A stretch of 32,000 bases of DNA, from assembly GCA_030167145.1 (NCBI GenBank), contig CP126532.1, positions 1,050,001 through 1,082,000 on the forward strand, given 5' to 3'. The translations under genes and the position numbers were made by a program. This document shows, one piece after another, positions 23,511 through 31,943 of this stretch. The first letter of the stretch is position 1, and each line of letters opens with the position of its first letter. This stretch comes from Ktedonobacterales bacterium (lineage in GTDB: Bacteria; Chloroflexota; Ktedonobacteria; Ktedonobacterales; JADMIN01). The notes below the pieces were generated by a model. The model searched no databases. It was not told the DNA's origin and saw only the letters and a list, made by a program, of their open reading frames with translations.

Positions 23511-25940
23511 CTACCCGAACCGCGCCCCCTCCGGCGCCACCACAATCTGCGCGCCCACCTGCCCCGGCTGCGGCGCTTCCTCCACCATCCGCGCGACGAT
23601 CACGCCGATGTTATCTTCGCCGCCATTCGTGTTCGCCTCGCGCACCAGAATCTCCGCCGCTTGCCGCGGATCAGCCGTTCCTCGCAAGATGCTCTCCATC
23701 TGCGGATCACGCACCATTTCCCACAGCCCATCCGAACACAGCAGCAGCTTGTCGCCCGCCTGCAACGACACCTCGAACAGATCCACCTCCGCCGCGCCCT
23801 GCTCGCCACCCAGGCTGCGAAAGATTTGATTGCGGCGCGGATGCGTATACACATCGTCCGGGCGAATCACCCCCGCCGCCGCAAGCTGCGCCACCACCGA
23901 ATGATCGCTGGTGATGCGCCGCAAACCGCTCTCGGGACTCATAATATAGGTACGGCTGTCGCCAACATTCGCGATGTACGCCACATCATCCACCACCAGC
24001 GCGGCGGTGAGCGTCGTGCCCATGTCTACCGTGCCAGTCTGGTTGCGCTGCCGCAGTTCGTTGTCCGCGCGCCGCACCGCGTCCCCCAGCAGCGCCTTCA
24101 GCGCCGTCTCATCCAATGGCTGCGCCGACGACAACCCTTGCATTACCATGTTCGTCACAATCTCGATGGTCAGCTTGCTCGCCTCCTGGCCGTGCAGATG
24201 CCCCCCCATGCCATCCGCCACGATACATAGCCCATAGGTCTGCGGCCTGCCCTCCGCCACACGCACCCCGCGCAACGCCAGAATGTTATCCTGATTGGGA
24301 TCATTCGCCCGCTTGATCCCCGGATTCGTCACCCCCGCCGCATGCAGCGTCAACGACAGGCTGCGCCGCGCCCGTGGGACCGCTGGGCCAGCGGTCGGCA
24401 TCTTCACCGTCGGCGCATTCTCAATCGCCGCCGCATTGCCGCCAGCCGCCCCACTGGATGCGCCCTGGTGGCCATTCCCTGGCGCAAGCGGCACACTCGG
24501 CGCGGGCATCGGCCTTGGCTCCAGGTAATCCAGCGCTTCCAGCGGCATATCGCGCGGCAATAGATCCAGCATCGCCTCCTCCGGCGGCACAGCAGGCGCG
24601 CCAGTCCGCCGCCTGCGCAGCAGCAGCGCCAGCGCCACCACCAAGGCCACCAGCGCCACCAGCGCCACCGCGCCCAGCAGCAGCAGCACGCGCGTGCTCA
24701 GCCCAGGCGTCGCCGTTGTGCCGGGCGGTGTCACCGTCGCGTTGGTCGTCAGCGACGGAATCGCCGCCGAATGGCTATGCGCCGCCGTCTGGAACAGCGC
24801 CGCCCCACCAAAATCCGGGTACGTCGTCAGCAGCGTATCGAACGCGCTCGCCGCCTGTGTATAGTCCGGCGGATTCGCATAGTAGGCCGCGATACCCTGC
24901 TGCCAACCGGTCATCAGCGTACCAGGCTTGCCTGATATCGGTCCAATCGCCTGCGTCACCGTCGCCAGCGAGGCCAGCACGTGGTGGCCCTGGCTATCGC
25001 TGATGACCATACCAACCAGCCGACCATTCGCGTCAATCTCCGGCGCGCCCAGCCCAATTTGCGCGCTGAGCGGCCCCGGTGTGGCGATGGGCGTTGGCGG
25101 CAGTGGTGTCTTGGTCGCGGGCACAACCGTCCCGCCGTTGGTATTCTGCTGCGATGGCGCGGTCGGCACGGCCGTCGGCGCGGGCAGCGCATTCAGGTCT
25201 GCCGCCTGCGCGCTGATGGGATACAGCGTCGTGCCAATCTCATCACTCGTCAGCGCGTCGCGCCCCAGCGGCTGTCCGTCATGCCGGGTCAGGTCAATTA
25301 CCGCATTCTGCGCGGGATCAGCCGGAGCATCGGACGGCTGCGGCACAGACAGCGCTGGCAGATCGTGTGTCGGCGAACCAGCCACCTGCGCCAGCGGCAG
25401 CGCCAGCAGCGTCGGTGCGAACGGCCCTCCATTCGTCGTGATCTGCGCCGGGTCAATCGCGAACCGCACCGTCCCCATCTGCTTGGCGTCTGTGCCCGTG
25501 TACGCCGCGTCGAGCAGCACATCAATATGGCTGATGCTCCAGCCCGTGGCCCGCCCATTGAGTTGCGCGAAACCCACCTGCACACCCTGGCACGGCTGAA
25601 TCGGATTCACGGCGGCGGTTGGCGTCAGCACATAGTTAAAGGAGTTGAGATTCGTGCCCGTCGTGCCCACCAGCGCGCCATCCGACGCGCACGGGCTGGG
25701 CCAGGGAATCGGCGCGGTATCCGAGCTGATCGCGCCGTTGTAGTACGTCAACACGCGCACCACCGCGATGCGAGCATAGGCGACCGCCTGGGCTGGACGC
25801 GCTGGCGTAGCGAGCGCGACACGCCCCGCCGCGCGTACCGTTGGTTGGGCGGGCAGCGCGCCAAACGCCACCACACCGCCGAGCGCCAAGAGCAGCGCGA
25901 CCACCAGCAATCCACGCTGGCGTCCGCTCCATACACCCAT
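23511..25940 (-). CDS. Receptor-like membrane PP2C (PPM-family) Ser/Thr phosphatase: signal-anchor, ~390-aa extracytoplasmic domain, TM, disordered linker, C-terminal PP2C
   Basis: PP2C motifs: VADGMGGH, LLLCSDGLWEMV and GGEDNIGVIV. TM segments: LLVVALLLALGGVVAFGAL and VLLLLGAVALVALVALVVALALLL followed by RRRR. The ATG at 25940 is preceded by GGGAGG. Confidence 0.88.
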   Translation of the reverse strand: MGVWSGRQRGLLVVALLLALGGVVAFGALPAQPTVRAAGRVALATPARPAQAVAYARIAVVRVLTYYNGAISSDTAPIPWPSPCASDGALVGTTGTNLNSFNYVLTPTAAVNPIQPCQGVQVGFAQLNGRATGWSISHIDVLLDAAYTGTDAKQMGTVRFAIDPAQITTNGGPFAPTLLALPLAQVAGSPTHDLPALSVPQPSDAPADPAQNAVIDLTRHDGQPLGRDALTSDEIGTTLYPISAQAADLNALPAPTAVPTAPSQQNTNGGTVVPATKTPLPPTPIATPGPLSAQIGLGAPEIDANGRLVGMVISDSQGHHVLASLATVTQAIGPISGKPGTLMTGWQQGIAAYYANPPDYTQAASAFDTLLTTYPDFGGAALFQTAAHSHSAAIPSLTTNATVTPPGTTATPGLSTRVLLLLGAVALVALVALVVALALLLRRRRTGAPAVPPEEAMLDLLPRDMPLEALDYLEPRPMPAPSVPLAPGNGHQGASSGAAGGNAAAIENAPTVKMPTAGPAVPRARRSLSLTLHAAGVTNPGIKRANDPNQDNILALRGVRVAEGRPQTYGLCIVADGMGGHLHGQEASKLTIEIVTNMVMQGLSSAQPLDETALKALLGDAVRRADNELRQRNQTGTVDMGTTLTAALVVDDVAYIANVGDSRTYIMSPESGLRRITSDHSVVAQLAAAGVIRPDDVYTHPRRNQIFRSLGGEQGAAEVDLFEVSLQAGDKLLLCSDGLWEMVRDPQMESILRGTADPRQAAEILVREANTNGGEDNIGVIVARMVEEAPQPGQVGAQIVVAPEGARFG

Positions 25941-26030
25941 GAATCGCCTCCCGCCCCTTCAGAATGATTGCGCCATGATTGCCATCCCCGCCGCGCGCAC
26001 GCGAACCCATCCGCACGGCACAGCGCCGCC

Positions 26031-26039
26031 AGTATACCA
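26031..26039 (-). promoter_or_regulatory. Candidate extended -10 element (TGgTATACT) upstream of the PP2C gene
   Basis: The minus strand reads CTATGGTATACTGG, about 90 nt upstream of the ATG at 25940. There is no good -35 element. Confidence 0.3.
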
Positions 26040-26127
26040 TAGCGAGTCGGCGGGCTATACCCACATAGCCCACTGGGGCGGACATCCATTCACCGATAGG
26101 ACGAATCTTCCCAACTGCCCGCGCTGT

Positions 26128-26188
26128 GGTGGGGCGGACATTCCTGTCTGCCTCTGCTGAGATGGTGGGGCGGACATTCCTGCCTGCC
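26128..26188 (+). repeat. Two tandem family A copies (26128-26152 and 26164-26188, 36-nt period), plus a degenerate half copy at 26074-26085
   Basis: Read directly from the sequence. The second copy differs at one position (TGCCTGCC). Confidence 0.85.
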
Positions 26189-26222
26189 CGCTCCCAACTT
26201 CCCCCTACTCCCGCTCTCTCCT

Positions 26223-27212
26223 TCACTCGCGCACCACCAGCACCACCTTGCCCACCGTCTGCCGCGCCTCGATGCGCCGGTGCGCCTCCGCCGCCTGCGC
26301 CAGCGGCCACGTCTCCCCTACGATCAGTCGCAACTTGCCGCTTTGCAGCGACCCCGCCAGCTCTCCAATGCTCGGCAGCAGCAGATCGGGCCGCCCCAGC
26401 AGCGGCGGCAGATAGAAGCCGACTACCTCCTGGCAGCGCTTCATCAACTGCACCGGCGAGAGCTGCGGCGTCTGCGCCCCCGCCACCCCAAAGACCACCA
26501 GCCGCCCAAACGGCGCCAGCAAGCGCAAGCTTTCGTCGAAGACCTCGCCGCCAACCGCCTCTAAAATCACGTCTACGCCGCGCTTGCCCTGCGCCCGCGT
26601 ATGCTCACGAATCCGCTCTCCCCACCCCGGCTCGGCATAGTTGACCAGCACATCCGCGCCCAGCGAGCGCGCCAAAGCGAGCTTCTCCGGAGTGCTTGCC
26701 GTCGCGTAGATTGTCCCCGCGCCCAGCAGCCGCGCCAACTGCACCGCCAGCGTGCCCACGCCGCCCGCCGCCGAGTGGATCAACACCGACTCCCCCGGCT
26801 GCATCCGCCCCGAGGTCCGCAGCAGGTGGAACGCCGTCAGCCCCTGCACCGGGAATGCCGCCGCCTCCGCAAAGCTTATCCCGTCGGGAATCGGCAGCAG
26901 CGCCCGCGCCGACACGCTGACGTACTCCGCATACCCGCCATCGTTCGTCGTCGCCATCACCCGGTCGCCCGTCTTCCAGCCCGTCACCCCCTCGCCCACC
27001 CGCGCGATCACCCCCGCCACCTCCGCGCCCAGTGTGAACGGCAGCGGCGAGTCCTCCAGATACAGCCCGCGCCGCCGCCGCGTATCCGCGTAATTGATGC
27101 CCGCCGCATGGACCGCAATCAACACCTGCCCCGGCCGCACCTCCGGCTCCGGCACATCTTCCAGCCGCAACACCTCCGGCTCGCCCAATTCATGAAAACG
27201 GATCGCCCGCAT
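26223..27212 (-). CDS. qor: NADPH:quinone oxidoreductase / zeta-crystallin-type medium-chain dehydrogenase
   Basis: Motifs seen: MRAIRFHELGEPEVLRLEDVPEPE, AAGINYADT and SAAGGVGTLAVQLA. The RBS is AAGGGAG. Confidence 0.87.
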   Translation of the reverse strand: MRAIRFHELGEPEVLRLEDVPEPEVRPGQVLIAVHAAGINYADTRRRRGLYLEDSPLPFTLGAEVAGVIARVGEGVTGWKTGDRVMATTNDGGYAEYVSVSARALLPIPDGISFAEAAAFPVQGLTAFHLLRTSGRMQPGESVLIHSAAGGVGTLAVQLARLLGAGTIYATASTPEKLALARSLGADVLVNYAEPGWGERIREHTRAQGKRGVDVILEAVGGEVFDESLRLLAPFGRLVVFGVAGAQTPQLSPVQLMKRCQEVVGFYLPPLLGRPDLLLPSIGELAGSLQSGKLRLIVGETWPLAQAAEAHRRIEARQTVGKVVLVVRE

Positions 27213-27340
27213 CGTCTTTGCTCCCTTTCATCTCGGCATCGTATGCCGACCATCGCACTCGCCCTCAGCAATGCCACCTGATTGTACCCGCAAACAGTCG
27301 CGTTGTCTGGCATCTTGCCCCCATCGCCCCGCCCCATATC

Positions 27341-27382
27341 CTGCTCCCCTTCCCTGGTAGGGAAGAGGCCGGGGGTTAGGTC
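27341..27382 (+). repeat. Family C copy
   Basis: The sequence is CTGCTCCCCTTCCCTGGTAGGGAAGAGGCCGGGGGTTAGGTC. It lies in the qor/cysE divergent region. Confidence 0.9.
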
Positions 27383-27512
27383 CATATCTCCGCCTTGACG
27401 CCCACAGCCCCGCATGTACTACACTTCATTTTGTGAACCGCGCCCAGCGCAGTGCGCGAACACGCCATCATGGATGTACTGTTGCTTCACCAGCGCGAAA
27501 CGGACGATCCCT

Positions 27513-28286
27513 ATGCAACCACAACCACATCCCACACAACTGCGCCTCGTCAAAAACGCCGCGCCAGAGGCCCCTGCGGAGACTTTCGCGGAAATCTCCA
27601 CGGAGACACCTCCCGCCGACGCCGTTGCTCCGGCCATTCATGGCCGGGAGCTTGCCCCTGCCATCGCACAGCCGCCCGCCCCCACACCTAAACGCAAACG
27701 CACTCGCTGGCCCGACGATATTGATGTCGTCTTCGAGAAAGACCCCGCCGCGCGCAACATCTTCGAGGTGCTCACCTATCAGGGATTGCACGCGCTCCTA
27801 CTGCACCGATTCGCCCACGCCCTCTACCGGGCCAATGTGCCATTCTTCCCGCGCCTCATCTCCCAGATCGCTCGGCTCCTCACCGCCGGCATCGAGATTC
27901 ACCCCGGCGCAAAGATCGGCAAGCGCTTCTTCATAGACCACGGCACCGGCGTCGTGATTGGCGAAACGACGGAAATCGGCGACAACGTCATGCTCTACCA
28001 TCAGGTCACGCTTGGCGCCACCGGCTGGTGGAAGCATCGCGGCGACGGCCGCACCAAGCGCCACCCCACCATCGAAGACAACGTCACCATCGGCGTTGGC
28101 GCCTCCGTGCTGGGGCCAATCACTGTTGGCCACGACAGCAAAATCGGCGCGATGGCGCTCGTCGTCGAAAACTTGCCGCCGCATTCCATCGTCGTCGCGC
28201 AGCCCGCCACCCTGCTGGATCGTCGCGGCGAAGTCCATCCGATGCACGACCTCGCCACCGAAGAATATCGCGACTACTCGATTTGA
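27513..28286 (+). CDS. cysE: Serine O-acetyltransferase with a ~65-aa Pro/Ala-rich N-terminal extension
   Basis: Motifs seen: [37 protein letters not shown] and the hexapeptide region [28 protein letters not shown]. The start is uncertain: ATG 27513 was chosen, and the track's 27414 is also in frame. Confidence 0.86.
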   Translation: MQPQPHPTQLRLVKNAAPEAPAETFAEISTETPPADAVAPAIHGRELAPAIAQPPAPTPKRKRTRWPDDIDVVFEKDPAARNIFEVLTYQGLHALLLHRFAHALYRANVPFFPRLISQIARLLTAGIEIHPGAKIGKRFFIDHGTGVVIGETTEIGDNVMLYHQVTLGATGWWKHRGDGRTKRHPTIEDNVTIGVGASVLGPITVGHDSKIGAMALVVENLPPHSIVVAQPATLLDRRGEVHPMHDLATEEYRDYSI

Positions 28287-28357
28287 AACTGTGGCATAAT
28301 AGCTGTGCTGGCAGCACCAGCGCAGAGAAAGCAGTCGCAGGCAAAGGACACAGGGAG

Positions 28358-28837
28358 ATGACAACGGCACAGCAGAGTGGCGATCCGCCGCGCTTTCGCA
28401 TCGGCGTCTTCGCGGTCATCGAGCGTGCGGGGCGCTATCTGCTGGCGCGGCGCAGCGACATTGATTGGTGGAATCTCCCCGGCGGTGGCCTGGAATATGA
28501 CGAATCGGTAGAAGAGGGTCTTGCCCGCGAAGTGCGCGAAGAAATTGGCGTCAGCATCACCATCGCCCGTCTCATCGGCATCTACTCCAAGCCGCGCAAA
28601 CGCGAAGTCGTGCTGGCGTTCCTCTGCCAACTCACCGACGACAGCCCAGAGCCGGGGACCAGCGAAGAAGTCTCTGAGGTAGGTTGGTTCGCCCCTGGCG
28701 AGTTCCCCGAACGGCTGCTGCCCAAGCACCGTCAGCGGCTCGACGACGCCCTGCTGAACCACCCCGAAGCGCTGATCCGCTTGCAGGCCACCTCTACCGA
28801 AGACGATCAACGCCACACCCCTCCCGCGTCTGCATGA
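28358..28837 (+). CDS. NUDIX hydrolase
   Basis: The Nudix box GGGLEYDESVEEGLAREVREEIGV is present. This is the in-frame ATG at 28358 within track ORF 28028..28837, whose upstream part is Arg-rich junk overlapping cysE. Confidence 0.85.
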   Translation: MTTAQQSGDPPRFRIGVFAVIERAGRYLLARRSDIDWWNLPGGGLEYDESVEEGLAREVREEIGVSITIARLIGIYSKPRKREVVLAFLCQLTDDSPEPGTSEEVSEVGWFAPGEFPERLLPKHRQRLDDALLNHPEALIRLQATSTEDDQRHTPPASA

Positions 28838-28848
28838 AGTTGCGTATA

Positions 28849-28887
28849 CTCCCCTTCCTTGGTAGGGAAGGGGCTGGGGGTTAGGTC
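28849..28887 (+). repeat. Family C copy
   Basis: The sequence is CTCCCCTTCCTTGGTAGGGAAGGGGCTGGGGGTTAGGTC. It starts 12 nt after the NUDIX stop. Confidence 0.9.
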
Positions 28888-29045
28888 AGCAGCACTGGTC
28901 CTACTTCCATATATGACATAACGGCTAGGCCCTGAGTCCCCCATGCGCGCCGCCACACCACTCGCCTGCCCTCACATCGTATAGTGGACATGACACGTTC
29001 AGCGGTAGAGTAGCCGCCAGACGGCGAGCGGGAGGGCCTGACGAA

Positions 29046-30023
29046 ATGGAAGCGACAGCCACCGATACGCCCACGCCAACCATCCTGGTCATCGAAGATG
29101 ATCCCCTGATCGCCAGAATGCTCCGCGAAACGCTGGAGGCTGAAGGCTATGTCGCGCTGATCGCTCGCACCGGCGAAGAAGGCATTGCGCTCGCACTGCG
29201 CAACGTGCCACAGCTCCTCTTGCTAGACATCATGCTGCCGACGATGAACGGCTTCGAGGTCGTCGAACGCATCCGCGCGCACGCCAAAACCGCCCACATC
29301 CCCGTCGTCATGCTCAGCGCACGCCACGACACCGCCGAGCGCATCCGTGGCCTTGATCTCGCCGTAGATGACTTCCTCACCAAGCCCTTCAACAGCACTG
29401 AACTGCTCGCTCGCATCGGCATGCGCCTCCGCCAGATGCGCGAAAATCTGCTCAGCCCCCTCACTGGCCTGCCATCTGGCCTCGCCGTCGAGCGCGCCAT
29501 CGAACGCCAGTTGTCTTCCAGCGCACCCTGGTCTATCCTCTATCTCGATCTCGACCACTTCAAAGCCTACAACGATGTCTACGGCCCGCTGCGTGGCAAC
29601 GACCTGATCCGCCTGCTTGGGCAGATCGCCTCCGAATCTGTCCGCGACTACGGCAACATCGGCGATTTTGTCGGCCATATCGGCGGCGACGACTTTGTCG
29701 TCATCACCACGCCAGATCGCGTGCTGCCCATCTGCGCGCAACTCATCGCTCGCTGGGATACCGAAAGCCGTGACTACTACGCCCCCGAAGACCTCGCACG
29801 CGGCGCGCTCGTCGCCACCGACCGCCAGGGCCAGGTGCAAACCTTCCCCCTATGCGGCGTTTCTATCGGCGTCGTCACCAACATCCATCATCCCATCACC
29901 ACCGTCGAAGAAGTCAGCCGCATCGCCGCCGAAGTCAAACGCGCCGCCAAAGCCATCCCCGGCAGCGCCTACTATATTGATCAGCGTACTGGCAACAGCG
30001 AAACCCCCGTCCCCCAGGTCTGA
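29046..30023 (+). CDS. Response regulator: receiver domain + divergent GGDEF domain (GGDDF)
   Basis: REC domain: ILVIEDDP, LLLLDIMLP (phospho-Asp) and FLTKPF. GGDEF-like domain: LTGLPSG, LDLDHFKAYNDVYG and GHIGGDDFVVI. The RBS is GGGAGGG. Confidence 0.88.
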   Translation: MEATATDTPTPTILVIEDDPLIARMLRETLEAEGYVALIARTGEEGIALALRNVPQLLLLDIMLPTMNGFEVVERIRAHAKTAHIPVVMLSARHDTAERIRGLDLAVDDFLTKPFNSTELLARIGMRLRQMRENLLSPLTGLPSGLAVERAIERQLSSSAPWSILYLDLDHFKAYNDVYGPLRGNDLIRLLGQIASESVRDYGNIGDFVGHIGGDDFVVITTPDRVLPICAQLIARWDTESRDYYAPEDLARGALVATDRQGQVQTFPLCGVSIGVVTNIHHPITTVEEVSRIAAEVKRAAKAIPGSAYYIDQRTGNSETPVPQV

Positions 30024-30078
30024 CATGCGCCCATTCGGCACACAGCGCAAAAAGCAGACAACGTCCCATCGTCATCCG

Positions 30079-30130
30079 CCTGCTCGTCATGTGCCTGCTC
30101 GTCATGTGCCTGCTCGTCATGTGCCTGCTG
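30079..30130. repeat. 15-bp tandem repeat (CCTGCTCGTCATGTG x3 plus a partial unit)
   Basis: There are perfect units at 30079-30093, 30094-30108 and 30109-30123, and a partial unit at 30124-30130. They lie in the 114-nt gap between the convergent REC-GGDEF and MFS genes. Confidence 0.9.
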
Positions 30131-30137
30131 TGGCCAT

Positions 30138-31448
30138 TTATGGCCGAGCGCCAGTGCTTCGGTGCGGCGCATCTGGCTGAGGGACACGCCGGAAGATCCG
30201 CCACAGCGCCAGATCATATATCGCCTTCAGCCCGCCCGCCACCAGCAGCGGCAAACCCAACACCACCAGCGGCCCCTGCAACAGCGCCCCCGCCAGCACC
30301 GGACTCGACGCCGAGCCAGCGCTGCGCGCCAGCGATGTCACGCTCGCCGTAGCCGTGCGTTCGCCCGGCTCGACCAGCGCCATTGTGTACGCCTGCCGTG
30401 TCGGCACATCCAACTGCGAGAGCGTCTGCCGCAGCAACAAGGTGATCGCCGCCAGCGGAAACGTCGGCATTAGCGGCACCAGAACCAGCAGCACATTGCT
30501 CGGCAAATGTGTAAACACCATCGTATTCAGCAACCCAAAGCGCCGCGCCAGCGCGGGCGCCGCCAGGAACGACAACGCCGCCAGCAGATTCGCGCCGAAG
30601 AACAGCACCGCCAGCGTATCCAGAGGAATACCGAACCGCAAATGGAAGAACAATGCCAGCAACGTCTGGGTCACAAAGCCGCCCGCGAACGCATCTACGC
30701 TATACAGCCCGGCCAGCCGCAGCACCATCCCGCGCGACGCACCCAGCACCGGCAGCGGCAACCGATGCCAGGGCGACCTACGCTGGCCCGCCGCGGGCGG
30801 CGCGTCTGCAACTGCGGACACCGCCTCTGGCTCATCGGCTTTGCGCGCCACCAGCGAATCGTGCGCCTCGACGGCAGGCGAGAGATGCGCCGCCAGCCAC
30901 GCCACCACCAGCGCCGCCAGCGCATACAGCGCAAATGGCACGAACAGGCTCACCCGCGCGGCCACGCCATGCCGCACCAGCAGATCGGGCAGCCCAGCCG
31001 CGAGTGCGCCCAGTGCCCCAGCCAGCGAAGCGACCAGGTTATAGCGTGCGAACAAAGCCGTGCGCCCATGCGATGGCCCCACCTGAGCCAGCATCGCCTG
31101 CTCGATGGGCAAGAACGGCGCGGTCTCTGAGGCCGAGGTGCCCAGTGTCCCGCAGAAGGCCACTACCAGCAACAGCGGATACCACCCCAACACACCAAAG
31201 ATGAGGCCCGTCAGCGCCATTACCACCGCCAGCACGGTGAGGGTGCGCCGCCGTCCCCACGCATCGGCCCACCGCCCAATCACCAGCGTTCCCGCGAAAT
31301 CGCCCGCCAGCGAGACCGTCACCAGCGCGCCAATCGCCGCGGGCGAGAGTCCGCGGTCCGTCAGCGACACCGCCAGCACAATCGCCAGCATGCCATACGC
31401 CGCCTGGCGCAGCCCGCGCATCGCCGCGAGTCGCCGTGCGTCACTCAT
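30138..31448 (-). CDS. MFS transporter
   Basis: 436 aa with about 12 hydrophobic segments. MFS motif A-like GRWADAWGRRRT lies between TM2 and TM3. Confidence 0.85.
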   Translation of the reverse strand: MSDARRLAAMRGLRQAAYGMLAIVLAVSLTDRGLSPAAIGALVTVSLAGDFAGTLVIGRWADAWGRRRTLTVLAVVMALTGLIFGVLGWYPLLLVVAFCGTLGTSASETAPFLPIEQAMLAQVGPSHGRTALFARYNLVASLAGALGALAAGLPDLLVRHGVAARVSLFVPFALYALAALVVAWLAAHLSPAVEAHDSLVARKADEPEAVSAVADAPPAAGQRRSPWHRLPLPVLGASRGMVLRLAGLYSVDAFAGGFVTQTLLALFFHLRFGIPLDTLAVLFFGANLLAALSFLAAPALARRFGLLNTMVFTHLPSNVLLVLVPLMPTFPLAAITLLLRQTLSQLDVPTRQAYTMALVEPGERTATASVTSLARSAGSASSPVLAGALLQGPLVVLGLPLLVAGGLKAIYDLALWRIFRRVPQPDAPHRSTGARP

Positions 31449-31478
31449 TCCAGTACACCATACAGTCTTTCCTGGCTC

Positions 31479-31943
31479 CTATGCCTTGAACGCGCCGTTT
31501 GGTCTGCCCTGCGTCACCATGACCTGGCAGTACGCATAGAGCGCATCATACACAATGCTCTCCGCCGCCAGCATCGCATGGTCGTCCACCAATCCCAGAT
31601 GGCGGAAGCCCTCGGCGATAGCCTCCAGGCCAGGGCCTTCCGGCTGCTGCCACAGCGCATTATCGGTATCCGCGCCATTGACGATCTTGCCCAACAACGC
31701 CAGCGCGGGATCGTTCATCAAATTGAACTTGCGCAGGATTGCCTCGAATGAGCATTCCTGGCCGTGATGCCCCAACTCGACCCCTTTGACATCGTATGAT
31801 ATCGCCCCTTCCCGCTGGGCGATCTCCATCACCTGATCGGCTGGCGCGAACAGAAACTCCGCCTGTGGGTCAACGAACTTCTTGATGAGCCACGGGCAGG
31901 CAACCCGATCCACTTTGACGTGCTCACGTGTGATCCACTTCAT
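31479..31943 (-). CDS. ChrB C-terminal-domain (chromate-resistance-like) protein
   Basis: MKWITREHVKVDRVACPWLIKKFVDPQAEFLF matches the Chrome_Resist/ChrB domain N-terminus as I recall it. It lies 30 nt upstream of the MFS gene, so the two are probably one operon. Confidence 0.72.
   Translation of the reverse strand: MKWITREHVKVDRVACPWLIKKFVDPQAEFLFAPADQVMEIAQREGAISYDVKGVELGHHGQECSFEAILRKFNLMNDPALALLGKIVNGADTDNALWQQPEGPGLEAIAEGFRHLGLVDDHAMLAAESIVYDALYAYCQVMVTQGRPNGAFKA

Noticed and set aside
24374-25967. Plus-strand ORFs (209, 223 and 328 aa) opposite the PP2C gene.
   Set aside because: These are Arg/Pro/Ala-rich shadow ORFs. The minus-strand frame contains unambiguous PP2C motifs and TM segments.
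29682-29696. Whether the GGDDF motif recalls the Cas10 palm-domain GGDD signature.
   Set aside because: The protein is a 325-aa REC-GGDEF response regulator. The flanking GGDEF-domain motifs (LTGL, DxDHFKxxND) are present, and there is no HD domain, other Cas10 domains or CRISPR context.
30071-30130. Whether the 15-bp tandem array could be a miniature CRISPR array.
   Set aside because: The units are directly abutting with no spacers and are far shorter than CRISPR repeats. No cas genes are present in the window.
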